Shown piece by piece: positions 25,763 to 33,933 of a DNA stretch of 49,961 bases. Every line of letters begins with the position of its first letter. The first letter of the stretch is position 1. Location of the stretch: positions 1 through 49,961 of the forward strand of contig JAODNF010000341.1 of the NCBI GenBank assembly GCA_025464915.1, written 5' to 3'. A model generated the notes under the pieces. The model was not told the DNA's origin and did not search any database. It worked only from the letters and a program-made list of their open reading frames with translations. Made by a program: the position numbers and the translations under genes. This DNA comes from Frankiales bacterium. Its GTDB lineage: Bacteria; Actinomycetota; Actinomycetes; Mycobacteriales; SCTD01.

Positions 25763-26529
25763 TCGTGCACCCGCTGCTTGACGGCAGTCAGCGGCCAGGC
25801 GGGGTTCAGGCCGCACCTCCGGACCTGGTAGCGCGACTGCCCCGCCAGGTTGCGCCCGGGAAGCGCTGTCACGCTGGACAGGTATCCCGCGTCGGCGATG
25901 AGGCCCAGCTCCCGCTCGCCGAAGTCGCTTCCCGGAAGGCCGTAGGGGATGGAGAAGTCCTCGACGCAGATGCCCAGCCGCTGCTCGAGCTCGTCCTTCG
26001 AGGCGACCACCTCGCTGCGCGCCTCGGCATCGCTCAGCTCGATGAGCCGCCGGTGGGTCACGCTGTGCGAGCCGATGCGCATCCCTGCTGCGACCAGCGC
26101 GGCGCAGTCGGCCCAGGTCAGCTGCGTCTGGCTGTCGCCGGTGACCACCTTGTCCGTGGTGACGAAGAAGGTGGCGGGGAGGTTGCGCTCCTGCAGCAGC
26201 TGCAGCACGCTCTGCGCCCACTCCTTGTGACCATCGTCGAACGTCACGCTGAAGGTAGGGACCTCGAGCGGCGCGGGCCCGGCCAGGGCGATGAGCGCCT
26301 CCGGCCAGGACAGGAAGCGGCCACGGTCGAGCAGCGCGTCCAGGTGAGCCAGCAGGTTGCGCTCGTACCGTCCGGCGACGTCGTGGTACAGCACGACGTG
26401 CAGCCCGCCGCGGCGGTGCGGGAGCCGATGGCGCGCCCCCGCCGGTGCGACGAGGGACCCCTGCAGCTGCGGCCGGGCCCGCAACCACGCCCGCGGCCCG
26501 GGAAGGGCGGTCGCGAAGTGCGGGGACAT
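25759..26529 (-). CDS. Polysaccharide deacetylase (NodB homology / CE4)
   Basis: ORF 25759..26661 trimmed to ATG 26529. NodB motif 1 FSVTFDDGHKE and motif 2 IGSHSVTH. Confidence 0.8.
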   Translation of the reverse strand: MSPHFATALPGPRAWLRARPQLQGSLVAPAGARHRLPHRRGGLHVVLYHDVAGRYERNLLAHLDALLDRGRFLSWPEALIALAGPAPLEVPTFSVTFDDGHKEWAQSVLQLLQERNLPATFFVTTDKVVTGDSQTQLTWADCAALVAAGMRIGSHSVTHRRLIELSDAEARSEVVASKDELEQRLGICVEDFSIPYGLPGSDFGERELGLIADAGYLSSVTALPGRNLAGQSRYQVRRCGLNPAWPLTAVKQRVHE

Positions 26530-26794
26530 CAGCCGCTGCTCGCCTCTCGGCCTCGGGCGGACTGGCACGCCACGGTCTCCTCGCGTCGCGCTCGTTCCCG
26601 GCGGGTGGTCGGGTCCGGCAGCGAGATGCTGTCCGAGGCCGGCAACGCGCACAGCCCACAACTGCCCTAGTCCTGTGCCGACGCGCCCGGGGATGTATCT
26701 GGGTCACGGTTGTCGGCTCTTGCAAGGGCAGGGGACGCACCCGTCAGCCCCGGCCCGCGGCAGGCTGTCGCCTCCATGACCTCCGAGGGGAGCG

Positions 26795-27496
26795 ATGGCG
26801 TCCCATCCCGAGATCCTCGCGATCCGCCGCTATGCCCCGGCCGTGCTGGCCTGCGTCCTGCTGGGTACGGGCGCCGGCGGGGCGCTGGTGGTGCTGACCC
26901 CGAAGCAGTACGAGTCCCGGGTCGTCGTCTTCGTCGCCGCGGCCAGGACGCCCGACGGCGGGAGCGTCTACGACCGGGCGCTGTTCGCCCAGGACCGCGT
27001 CCGCTCCTACGTCCCGCTCGTCGCCAGCCCGCTGGTGATGGACCGGGTGGCGCGCTCCCTGCAGCTCACCGAGTCGCCCCTCGAGCTCGGCACGAAGCTG
27101 ACGGTGACGGCGGCGCCGGACACGGTGCTCCTGAGCATCACCGTCCGCGAGAGCACCCCCCGGCTGGCACAGCTCGTCGCCAGCGAGACCGCACGCCAGT
27201 TCACGGCTTTCGTCACGACTCTGGAGGGGGAGTCCGGCGGGGCGCCGACGGTCTCGCTGACCGTGACCCGGCCCGCTCAGTTCGAGGCAGCGGCCGTGCT
27301 GCCCCGAAGGGGGCTCGACCTGTGGCTCGGTGCGTTCCTGGGGGGCGCACTAGGCATGGTCGTCACGGCACTGAGACGGAGGTGGGCGGTCGCGACCGAG
27401 CCCGCGGACAGGTCGCCCTCCGTGGAGGAGGTCACGGCGACGGCGCTCGTGTCACACCCGGTCCGGCTCCCCGAGGTCCGTGTGGTGGAGCCGTGA
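26795..27496 (+). CDS. Wzz-like polysaccharide chain-length determinant (no kinase domain)
   Basis: 233 aa. N-terminal TM (VLACVLLGTGAGGALVVL), then TPKQYESRVVVFV, a periplasmic-type domain and a C-terminal TM (LWLGAFLGGALGMVVTAL). SD GAGGGGAG. Confidence 0.65.
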   Translation: MASHPEILAIRRYAPAVLACVLLGTGAGGALVVLTPKQYESRVVVFVAAARTPDGGSVYDRALFAQDRVRSYVPLVASPLVMDRVARSLQLTESPLELGTKLTVTAAPDTVLLSITVRESTPRLAQLVASETARQFTAFVTTLEGESGGAPTVSLTVTRPAQFEAAAVLPRRGLDLWLGAFLGGALGMVVTALRRRWAVATEPADRSPSVEEVTATALVSHPVRLPEVRVVEP

Positions 27497-28476
27497 GCCG
27501 CCCCGGCCGGGTGCTCGTCGTGGGTCCGTCGTGCGTGGGGGAGATGGCCTGGTTCCTCGCGCTCGGCTACCGCCGGCTCGGCTGGCAGGTCGCCCGCGTG
27601 TCGGACCGGGCGTTCATCGGACGTGGTCTGCCGGGTCTGGTCGGGAAGGCCGTGCAGCTCACCGAGCGCGATCACCGTCTGACCAGCAGGTCCCGCAAGC
27701 TCGGCGAGCTCGTCCGCGAGCGGGCTCGGGGCTGTGACCACGTGGTGACCGTGAAGGGGGAGTACTTCCTCCCGGAGGACGTGGCGGCGATCAACGCCGT
27801 CGCCCCGATCGTCAACTGGCACCCCGACCACCCGGTGATCGCTCAGAACTTCGCCTGCATCCCCTACTACACGGCGTTCTGCCCCAAGGACTCCTGGAGC
27901 ACGGCTCGGCTGCGCGCCATGGGTCACCTCAACGTCAGCACCCTGCCGCACGCCTCCGATCCCCTCGTCCTCGGGTCCGACCGCTCGGCCTTCGCCACTA
28001 CCGGCTTCTCCGTGGTGGGCACCGGATATGCCTACCGCCAGCACTGGATCGACGAGGCCCGTGGGGTGGGCTTGGACGTGCGGCTCTGGGGGACTTCCAG
28101 AACCCCCCGCGAGCTCCGGGACCGCACTCAGAAGGCCAAGGCGGTGGGTCCCGACCAGGGCAAGGCGCTGCGCAGCGGCTTCTTCACGCTGAACACGCAT
28201 CACCCCTACGACATCGCAGGGGGGAACCAGCGGGTGTTCGACGCGGCTGCTGCGGGGGCCCCGCAGCTCACCGAGTGCCTTCCGGAGACTGTCCGGCACT
28301 TCCTCCCGGGCGAGGAGATCGCCACCTTCGCCGACCGCGACGAGTTCGTCGCCCAGGTCAAGGAGCTCTCCGCCGACGCCGCGCTGCGCGGCCGGCTCTC
28401 GGCGAACAGCCTGGAGCGGGTCCGGGCGGAGCACACCTACGAGCACAGGGTGCAGAGCATCCTGTCGATGCTGTGA
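27493..28476 (+). CDS. CgeB-like glycosyltransferase (Glyco_trans_1_2 / DUF3880 type)
   Basis: The tail of ORF 26710..28476, starting at GTG 27493 (GTGA overlap). C-terminal signature GGNQRVFDAAAAGAPQLTE ... FLPGEEIATFADRDEFVAQV ... RVRAEHTYEHRVQSIL. Confidence 0.7.
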   Translation: MSRPGRVLVVGPSCVGEMAWFLALGYRRLGWQVARVSDRAFIGRGLPGLVGKAVQLTERDHRLTSRSRKLGELVRERARGCDHVVTVKGEYFLPEDVAAINAVAPIVNWHPDHPVIAQNFACIPYYTAFCPKDSWSTARLRAMGHLNVSTLPHASDPLVLGSDRSAFATTGFSVVGTGYAYRQHWIDEARGVGLDVRLWGTSRTPRELRDRTQKAKAVGPDQGKALRSGFFTLNTHHPYDIAGGNQRVFDAAAAGAPQLTECLPETVRHFLPGEEIATFADRDEFVAQVKELSADAALRGRLSANSLERVRAEHTYEHRVQSILSML

Positions 28477-29492
28477 GCGTCCTCACCCTCCGACGCGTGA
28501 ACCTGACCGAGGTCGACTGGGAAGCGCTGGACGGGTTCCCGGACAGGGTGCTGTTCCAGCGCCGGCCGTGGCTGGAGTTCCTGGAGCGGAGCCACGGGGC
28601 CGAGCCCGTGGTGGCTGAGCTGCGCTCGGGCGGGCAAGCCTGCGGGTGGTTCACCGGACTCGTGACCAGGCACCTGGGTCTGCGCGTCCTGGGCGCTCCG
28701 CGACCGGGCTGGACGACGCCCTACCTCGGGTTCAACCTGGCCCCGGACGTCTCGCGCAGGGAGGCGCTCATGGCGCTGCCCTCCTTCGCGTTCCACGGCC
28801 TCGGGTGCGTGCACCTCGAGGTGTGCGACCGGTGGTGCCTGCCGGCTGACCTTGCCGGCCTGGGGGGCCGGAGGTCGGACACGAAGACGTTCGTCGCCGA
28901 CCTCCGGCCTGATCTCGACCAGCTCGCTGCCCGGATGACCAGCGGCACGAGGCAGAACCTGCGCAAGGGAGTGCGGGCCGGGCTGCTCGTGGAGGACGCC
29001 GCGCCGGAGGGCTTCGCTGCGGAGTACTACCAGCAGCTCCGGGACGTCTTCGCGAAGCAGGGCCTGTCGCCCTCCTACCCGGAGAGCCGCGTGGAGGCAC
29101 TGATCGAGGGTTTGTACCCCACCGGAGCTCTCCAGCTGGTCCGGGTGCGGACGCCGGAGGGGATGTCCATCGCGACCGGGATCATCCTGGGTGCCGGCCG
29201 GTCTGCGTACTTCTGGGGCGGCGCGAGCTGGAGGGAGCACCAGCACCACCGGCCCAACGAAGCGCTCTTCTGGTATGCCTTCCGGACCTGGAAGGGCCGC
29301 GGTGCCGAGGAGTTCGACTTCGGCGGCGGTGGCACCTACAAGCTGAAGTACGGGGCGGTCGAGCTGACGGTCCCGAACCTTCGGTGGTCGCGGTGGCCGG
29401 GCATCGAGACCGCGCGTGGCGTGGCGAAGGCGACGACGCGCGCGCGTCAGCGCACGCCGGTCATGACCGGGGCAAGACGCCAGACGGGGTGA
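28473..29492 (+). CDS. FemAB-family / GNAT-fold (Acetyltransf_6-like) transferase
   Basis: The tail of ORF 28275..29492, starting at GTG 28473 (GTGA overlap). Features: FQRRPWLEFLE, the pair of acyltransferase-like halves, and NEALFWYAFRTWKGRGAEEFDFGGGG near the C-terminus. Confidence 0.7.
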   Translation: MSVLTLRRVNLTEVDWEALDGFPDRVLFQRRPWLEFLERSHGAEPVVAELRSGGQACGWFTGLVTRHLGLRVLGAPRPGWTTPYLGFNLAPDVSRREALMALPSFAFHGLGCVHLEVCDRWCLPADLAGLGGRRSDTKTFVADLRPDLDQLAARMTSGTRQNLRKGVRAGLLVEDAAPEGFAAEYYQQLRDVFAKQGLSPSYPESRVEALIEGLYPTGALQLVRVRTPEGMSIATGIILGAGRSAYFWGGASWREHQHHRPNEALFWYAFRTWKGRGAEEFDFGGGGTYKLKYGAVELTVPNLRWSRWPGIETARGVAKATTRARQRTPVMTGARRQTG

Positions 29493-29527
29493 CGACGCGG
29501 GCTGGGCCGCGTGGTCACCCCGTCTGG
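29480..29527. terminator. Strong bidirectional hairpin between convergent genes
   Basis: CCAGACGGGGTGAC (29480-29493) pairs perfectly with GTCACCCCGTCTGG (29514-29527). After one G-G mismatch, ACGCGG pairs with CCGCGT around the 6-nt loop GCTGGG, giving 20 bp in total. It sits in the 50-nt gap between stops at 29492 and 29543. Confidence 0.6.
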
Positions 29528-29542
29528 TCCGGGCGGGAGGCT

Positions 29543-31306
29543 CTAGTGGCCGCCCTCGTAGGCGCCGATGTCCATCGCGGAGCCCTGCGGGCGGGGTGCT
29601 CCGTCGAGGTCGTACGCCGGGGCCTGCTGGGTGGTGCCCTTGTCGATGGCCGGGCTCGTGGTGCGGACGTGGTAGTCGCCCGTGCCGGTCGGGTTGTAGC
29701 TGACGAACTGCGGGTCGGCCGACACGGTCCCGGTGGGCACGCCACCGCCGTTGACGTCGTAGCTGCCCGAGGCGTTGCCGTAGACCAGGTTGTTCGCGTA
29801 GGTGTTCACGCCCACGCGGCCCATCTCCCGGATGCCCCAGTAGCCGTTGTTCACGACGATGTTGTTGTTGACCACGGTGCCGCTGTCCGTGCCGGGCGCG
29901 ATGTCGTTGCCCTCGAGGGAGCCGCCGATCACCATGCCGCCCTGGGAGTTCTGGAACACCGTGTTGTTGGCGATCATGACGTGGTTGGCGTTGTGCCAGA
30001 GGTGGATGCCCCAGCCGCTCGTCCGGTAGACGATGTTGTCGAGGATGCGTCCACCGTTGGGGCCCTGGTAGTAGATGCCGTGGATGAGGCCGCAGTCGCT
30101 GGTCGGCGCCATGATGTCGTGGATGACGTTGCCGATGGAGTCGACGTTGGTCTCGGAGTAGTTCTGCAGCTCGATGCCCGCACCGCCGCGCGAGCAGTCC
30201 GGCGGCACCATGTTGTGGATGTGGTTGCCGAGGAACCGGTCGTTCGACGCGGTCGACATGATGCCGCTGTACTTCGAGCCGCTGAGGTCGAAGTTCTGGA
30301 TCACGACCCAGTCACCGGTGTTCGTCCAGGCGTTGGTGCTGCCGGGCGCGCTGATCTTCGCGCCCCACTTGGTGTCGGAGACGAAGGTGATGGGTGCGCT
30401 GGACGTCCCGCTCGTGGTCGACTCGACGTAGCCGTAGCTGCCGGGCGCGACGTGGACGACCGTCCCTGCGGTCGCCACGGAGGCGGCCCTGCTGACCTGG
30501 CGGAACGGCGCGGCGCTCGTGCCGGGGTTGCTGTCGCTACCGGTGGGCGAGACGTACAGCGCCTTCGTGCCGGTGACCGGCCAGGGGCTGGTGGTGGCCA
30601 CGGCCGTCGCGGTGGGGGATGCCGTCGGTGCGGCCGTGGGGGCGGTAGTGGGTGCCGTGGTCGGTGCGGTGGTCGGTGCGGTGGTCGGGGCGGTGGTGGG
30701 GGAAGCGCTGGGCGTCGCGGCCGGCGCACTGGTCGGGGACGTGGTGGACCCGGACGGGGTCGTCGCGACGACCTCGATCCCGTTGATCTTGGCGTTGTCC
30801 GCGGTGGCGCTGAAACCGAGGTCGAGTGTGCTGTCGGTGCTGCGCACCGGGAGGGTGACGTCGTATGCGGTGTTCGCACCGATGGTCTTGACGAGGTCGA
30901 GGTCGGGCACGACGGTCTGGCCCTCGGCCGTGACCGAGAAGACCCGGGTGCCGGCGGTGGTCGCCCACGACTCGCTCATCCGCAGCGTCAGCTTGTAGAT
31001 CCCGGCGCTGGGCAGCGGGATCTTGTAGGCGCTCATCCCGTACCGCTCGGTCTGGTAGATCTTCGGATCGGCGGTACCGGAGGTCGTCGAGGTGAAGGAC
31101 GCGGCGGTCCCCCCGACGTAGTACTGGTCGGCCTGCCAGGCATGGCCGGCGCTGTCGGTGTAGGCCGGTCCGCCGGCGTTGATCCGCAGCGCCCACAGGG
31201 ACGCAGCGGCGGGGGTGGCTCCGGCGGCCAGCGCGGAGGGGAGTGCGCCGGCCGCAGGCAGGATCACGAGCGGGAGGGCGCACAGCGCGGTGGTCTTGAG
31301 GCGCAT
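29543..31306 (-). CDS. Secreted malectin-domain / Pro-Thr linker / right-handed parallel beta-helix protein (candidate polysaccharide lyase, hydrolase or epimerase)
   Basis: 587 aa. Signal peptide MRLKTTALCALPLVILPAAGALPSALA. Malectin-like block (RINAGGPAYTDSAGHAWQADQYY ... YKLTLRMSE ... FSVTAEGQ ... INGIEVV). Linker (APTT)n. Beta-helix block with repeated N/G-rich rungs (GIHLWHNANHVMIANNTV, VVNNNIVVNNG) and an ending DIGAYEGGH. Confidence 0.8.
   Translation of the reverse strand: MRLKTTALCALPLVILPAAGALPSALAAGATPAAASLWALRINAGGPAYTDSAGHAWQADQYYVGGTAASFTSTTSGTADPKIYQTERYGMSAYKIPLPSAGIYKLTLRMSESWATTAGTRVFSVTAEGQTVVPDLDLVKTIGANTAYDVTLPVRSTDSTLDLGFSATADNAKINGIEVVATTPSGSTTSPTSAPAATPSASPTTAPTTAPTTAPTTAPTTAPTAAPTASPTATAVATTSPWPVTGTKALYVSPTGSDSNPGTSAAPFRQVSRAASVATAGTVVHVAPGSYGYVESTTSGTSSAPITFVSDTKWGAKISAPGSTNAWTNTGDWVVIQNFDLSGSKYSGIMSTASNDRFLGNHIHNMVPPDCSRGGAGIELQNYSETNVDSIGNVIHDIMAPTSDCGLIHGIYYQGPNGGRILDNIVYRTSGWGIHLWHNANHVMIANNTVFQNSQGGMVIGGSLEGNDIAPGTDSGTVVNNNIVVNNGYWGIREMGRVGVNTYANNLVYGNASGSYDVNGGGVPTGTVSADPQFVSYNPTGTGDYHVRTTSPAIDKGTTQQAPAYDLDGAPRPQGSAMDIGAYEGGH
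30625..30708 (-). repeat. In-frame 12-nt tandem repeat encoding the (A-P-T-T)n linker
   Basis: Seven consecutive 12-mers of the form TCGGTGCGGTGG and variants on the plus strand. The reverse complement CCACCGCACCGA encodes PTTAPTTAPTTAPTTAPT inside CDS 29543..31306. Confidence 0.8.
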
Positions 31307-31422
31307 CGGGGGATCTCCAGGGGGTATCGGGGGGCTACCTCCCTGGGTTTCGACGGCACGCCAAAATTGCTGAACCGAGATGCACGAAGAAGTTTCGACG
31401 CACTGCTCGTGGGGCGACGCGC

Positions 31423-32547
31423 CTACCGCGCTCCCTCGTAGGCGCCGATGTCGAAGCCCCCGCCCGCCGGACGCGCCGCGCCGTCGAGGTCGTCCGCGGG
31501 CGCGCCGAGGCGGCTACCGCTGTCCAGCGCGGGGCTGCCGTCGCGCAGGTGGTAGTCGCCGTTCTGCGGATCGACGAACGCCGGGTCGCCGGACACCCGC
31601 ACCTCGGGCACGAAACCGCCCTTGAGGCGGTAGTCGCCCTGGGCGTTGCCGTGACTCAGGTTGTCGACGTAGGTGTTGGTGCCGACGCGACCCACCTCGC
31701 TGATTCCGGCCTGGCCGTTGCCGGCGACGAGGTTGTTGGTGACCAGCACGTCCGAGGCGATGCCCGGCGCGACGTCGTTCCCCTCGAACGACCCGCCCAC
31801 GGCGATGCCGCCTCGAGCGTTTCCCACGACGGTGTTGTTGGTGATGGCGATCCTGCTCGCGTTGTGCCAGAGGTGGATCCCCCAGCCGCTGCAGCCGACC
31901 ACCAGGTTGTTGACGATCCGACCGCCGTCGGCGCTCTGGTAGTAGATGCCGTGCACCCGTGCGCAGTTGCCCGGGGCCCGCACGCGCTCGACGACGTTGC
32001 CGGCCGTCGTGTTGTCCGTCGCGACGTAGCTCTCCACGACGATCCCGGCGCCGCCGCGGGAGCAGTCGGGGGCGACGATGTCGTGCACGTGGTTGCCGGT
32101 GAAGCGGCCGTGCGAACCGGTTGACAGCAGGCCGTTGTAGGTCGAACCGCTCAGGTCGAACCCCTCCACCTGCACCCAGTCCCCTGTGTTGGTCCAGGCC
32201 GTGGTCGCCCCCTCAGCGAGGACGCGTGCGTCCCAGCGCTGGTCCGAGCGGAACACGATCGGTGCGTCCGGGGTCCCGCTCCGTGACGTGACCACCGGGA
32301 GGTAGTTCCCGGGTGAGACGTGCACGAGGGTGCCCGCTCTCGCGAGGACGGCGGCCCGGCGCACCTCCCGCACCGGCCTCGCGGAGGTCCCCGGGTCGCT
32401 GTCCAGGCCCGCCGGCGAGACCCAGAGCTGCGCCCGCACGACCTGATGCGGCGAGGTGCTCGTCGACGGGCTGGGCCGGGTGCTCGCCCGGCAGCCCACC
32501 AGCGCGAGTGCCAGCAGGGCCGCCGTGCCGACTCCGTGGTGCGTCAC
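31423..32547 (-). CDS. Lipoprotein with right-handed parallel beta-helix domain (paralog of the C-terminal half of 29543..31306)
   Basis: 374 aa. Lipoprotein signal TAALLALALVGC. Shares blocks with its neighbour: PDCSRGGAGI, VHGIYYQ, SGWGIHLWHNA, GGSFEGNDVAPG and FDIGAYEGAR. GTG 32547 overlaps the Wzx stop as GTGA. Confidence 0.8.
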   Translation of the reverse strand: MTHHGVGTAALLALALVGCRASTRPSPSTSTSPHQVVRAQLWVSPAGLDSDPGTSARPVREVRRAAVLARAGTLVHVSPGNYLPVVTSRSGTPDAPIVFRSDQRWDARVLAEGATTAWTNTGDWVQVEGFDLSGSTYNGLLSTGSHGRFTGNHVHDIVAPDCSRGGAGIVVESYVATDNTTAGNVVERVRAPGNCARVHGIYYQSADGGRIVNNLVVGCSGWGIHLWHNASRIAITNNTVVGNARGGIAVGGSFEGNDVAPGIASDVLVTNNLVAGNGQAGISEVGRVGTNTYVDNLSHGNAQGDYRLKGGFVPEVRVSGDPAFVDPQNGDYHLRDGSPALDSGSRLGAPADDLDGAARPAGGGFDIGAYEGAR

Positions 32548-33788
32548 AGGCTGGTCTTTACGGCGGGCTGGGAGCTCCGCTCGCCTGCCGAGGTGGACCG
32601 GTTGACGAGCACGAGCCCGAGGGCGGTCGCCAGCACCTCACCCGTCAGCAGCGCAGCCGGCATGGCCCACGGTCGTTGGTCGGTGAGCCTTCCGACCAGC
32701 GCGGCGAGCACGAGCGCCGGAGCGACCAGGTTCATCAGGATGCGCCGGACGTCGCCGAAGGACGCGATGAGCTCGATCTCCACGAGGTACTTGGGACCCC
32801 ACACGACGAGCAGGGCTGCGCCGAGCAGGACGTAGCCCCCGTGGCCGGAGAAGGTGGCGCCGACGAGCGCGGTGCTGACGTGCGGCCACAGGGCCGCACC
32901 GACCAGCAGCCCCGACAGCGGCGGCAGCCCAGCGGCCAGGACGTAGCGTCCCTGGACGCGCCGGCCCTCGTCCTCGCGGCGCCGCGCGACCAGGCGTGGC
33001 AGCGCGTTGTGCAGCAGCAGCCACAAGGCGTTGGCGGCTGCGCCTGAGGCCCGCAGCCCGAGGGCGAAGGCCCCCGCGGCAGCGGGGTTCGCCGCGGTCA
33101 TCGTCGCGAGCGCCAGCGGGGTCGCGAGCTGGCCGCCGGCGCCCGAGGCGCTGAACAGCAGCGAGGTCCGCAGGTGGTAGCGCCACGCCGACCAGCTGCC
33201 CTCCCAGGCCGGGAGGCAGCCGGCCCGCTGGAGCGCCACCAGGGCCACGACCGCCCCGAGCAGCGGCGACAGCCCGAACGCCAGCGCGTCCAGGTCGCTG
33301 CGCCCCGCGGGGACCGCGAGCACCGCGACCAGGAAGCCAGCGGCGACTGCCCAGTTCGCCACCCCGAGGGCCCACAGCTGCCCGCGCGCGCGCAGCCACC
33401 AGTCGGGGAACAGCGCGTAGCAGAGCAGGTAGGGCGACATCGCGAGCACGAGCCGGCCCGATCCGCTGCTGAGGTCCGTCGCCGTCAGGAGCACGCCGGC
33501 GACCGTCGCGGTCACGAGCAGCGACAGCGCGAGGTAGAGGCTGAAGATCTCGCTGCCGAGCCGGCGCTGCTGGTCGCCGGTGGTGGCCGCCAGAGTGCGG
33601 ATCGAGTAGCCCGCCTGGCCGAGGTCCACGCCCCACCAGGCGTAGCCGATCCAGCTCAGGGCCACGGCGTACTCGGCGAACTCGGGCGCGCCGAGACGTC
33701 GTGCCAGGAGGACGACGGTCGCGAACGAGACGAGCTTCGGCAGCCAGTCGGCCAGCAGCGTCATGACGGCCGTGCGACGCATCTGCAT
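32544..33788 (-). CDS. Wzx-type flippase (MOP / polysaccharide biosynthesis protein family)
   Basis: ORF 32544..34031 trimmed to ATG 33788 (MQMRRTAVMTLLADWLPKLVSFATVVLLARRLGAPEFAEYAV). About 12 or more TM helices throughout. Confidence 0.8.
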   Translation of the reverse strand: MQMRRTAVMTLLADWLPKLVSFATVVLLARRLGAPEFAEYAVALSWIGYAWWGVDLGQAGYSIRTLAATTGDQQRRLGSEIFSLYLALSLLVTATVAGVLLTATDLSSGSGRLVLAMSPYLLCYALFPDWWLRARGQLWALGVANWAVAAGFLVAVLAVPAGRSDLDALAFGLSPLLGAVVALVALQRAGCLPAWEGSWSAWRYHLRTSLLFSASGAGGQLATPLALATMTAANPAAAGAFALGLRASGAAANALWLLLHNALPRLVARRREDEGRRVQGRYVLAAGLPPLSGLLVGAALWPHVSTALVGATFSGHGGYVLLGAALLVVWGPKYLVEIELIASFGDVRRILMNLVAPALVLAALVGRLTDQRPWAMPAALLTGEVLATALGLVLVNRSTSAGERSSQPAVKTSL

Positions 33789-33837
33789 CCTCCGCGTGCG
33801 CTTGGCGTCCTCCTCGTGAGAGCCATCGGGCAGCGGC

Positions 33838-33862
33838 CTGATACGAGGTCGCGCTGTATCAG
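33838..33862. promoter_or_regulatory. Inverted repeat CTGATAC-N11-GTATCAG in the divergent Wzx / GNAT promoter region
   Basis: Perfect 7-bp arms at 33838-33844 and 33856-33862, in a relatively AT-containing stretch of the 145-nt divergent intergenic region. Confidence 0.3.
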
Positions 33863-33933
33863 CGAACACCGGGGGGGCTCGTAACAGGGGGCAAGGGCGA
33901 TGGCCGGGGTGCCGCGACCGTTCGGGAGGGTCC

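Noticed and set aside
30590-30720. Possible CRISPR-like or other non-coding repeat array.
   Set aside because: The period is 12 nt with no spacers. It lies in frame inside a CDS and encodes a Pro-Thr linker, and there are no cas genes. It is a coding tandem repeat.
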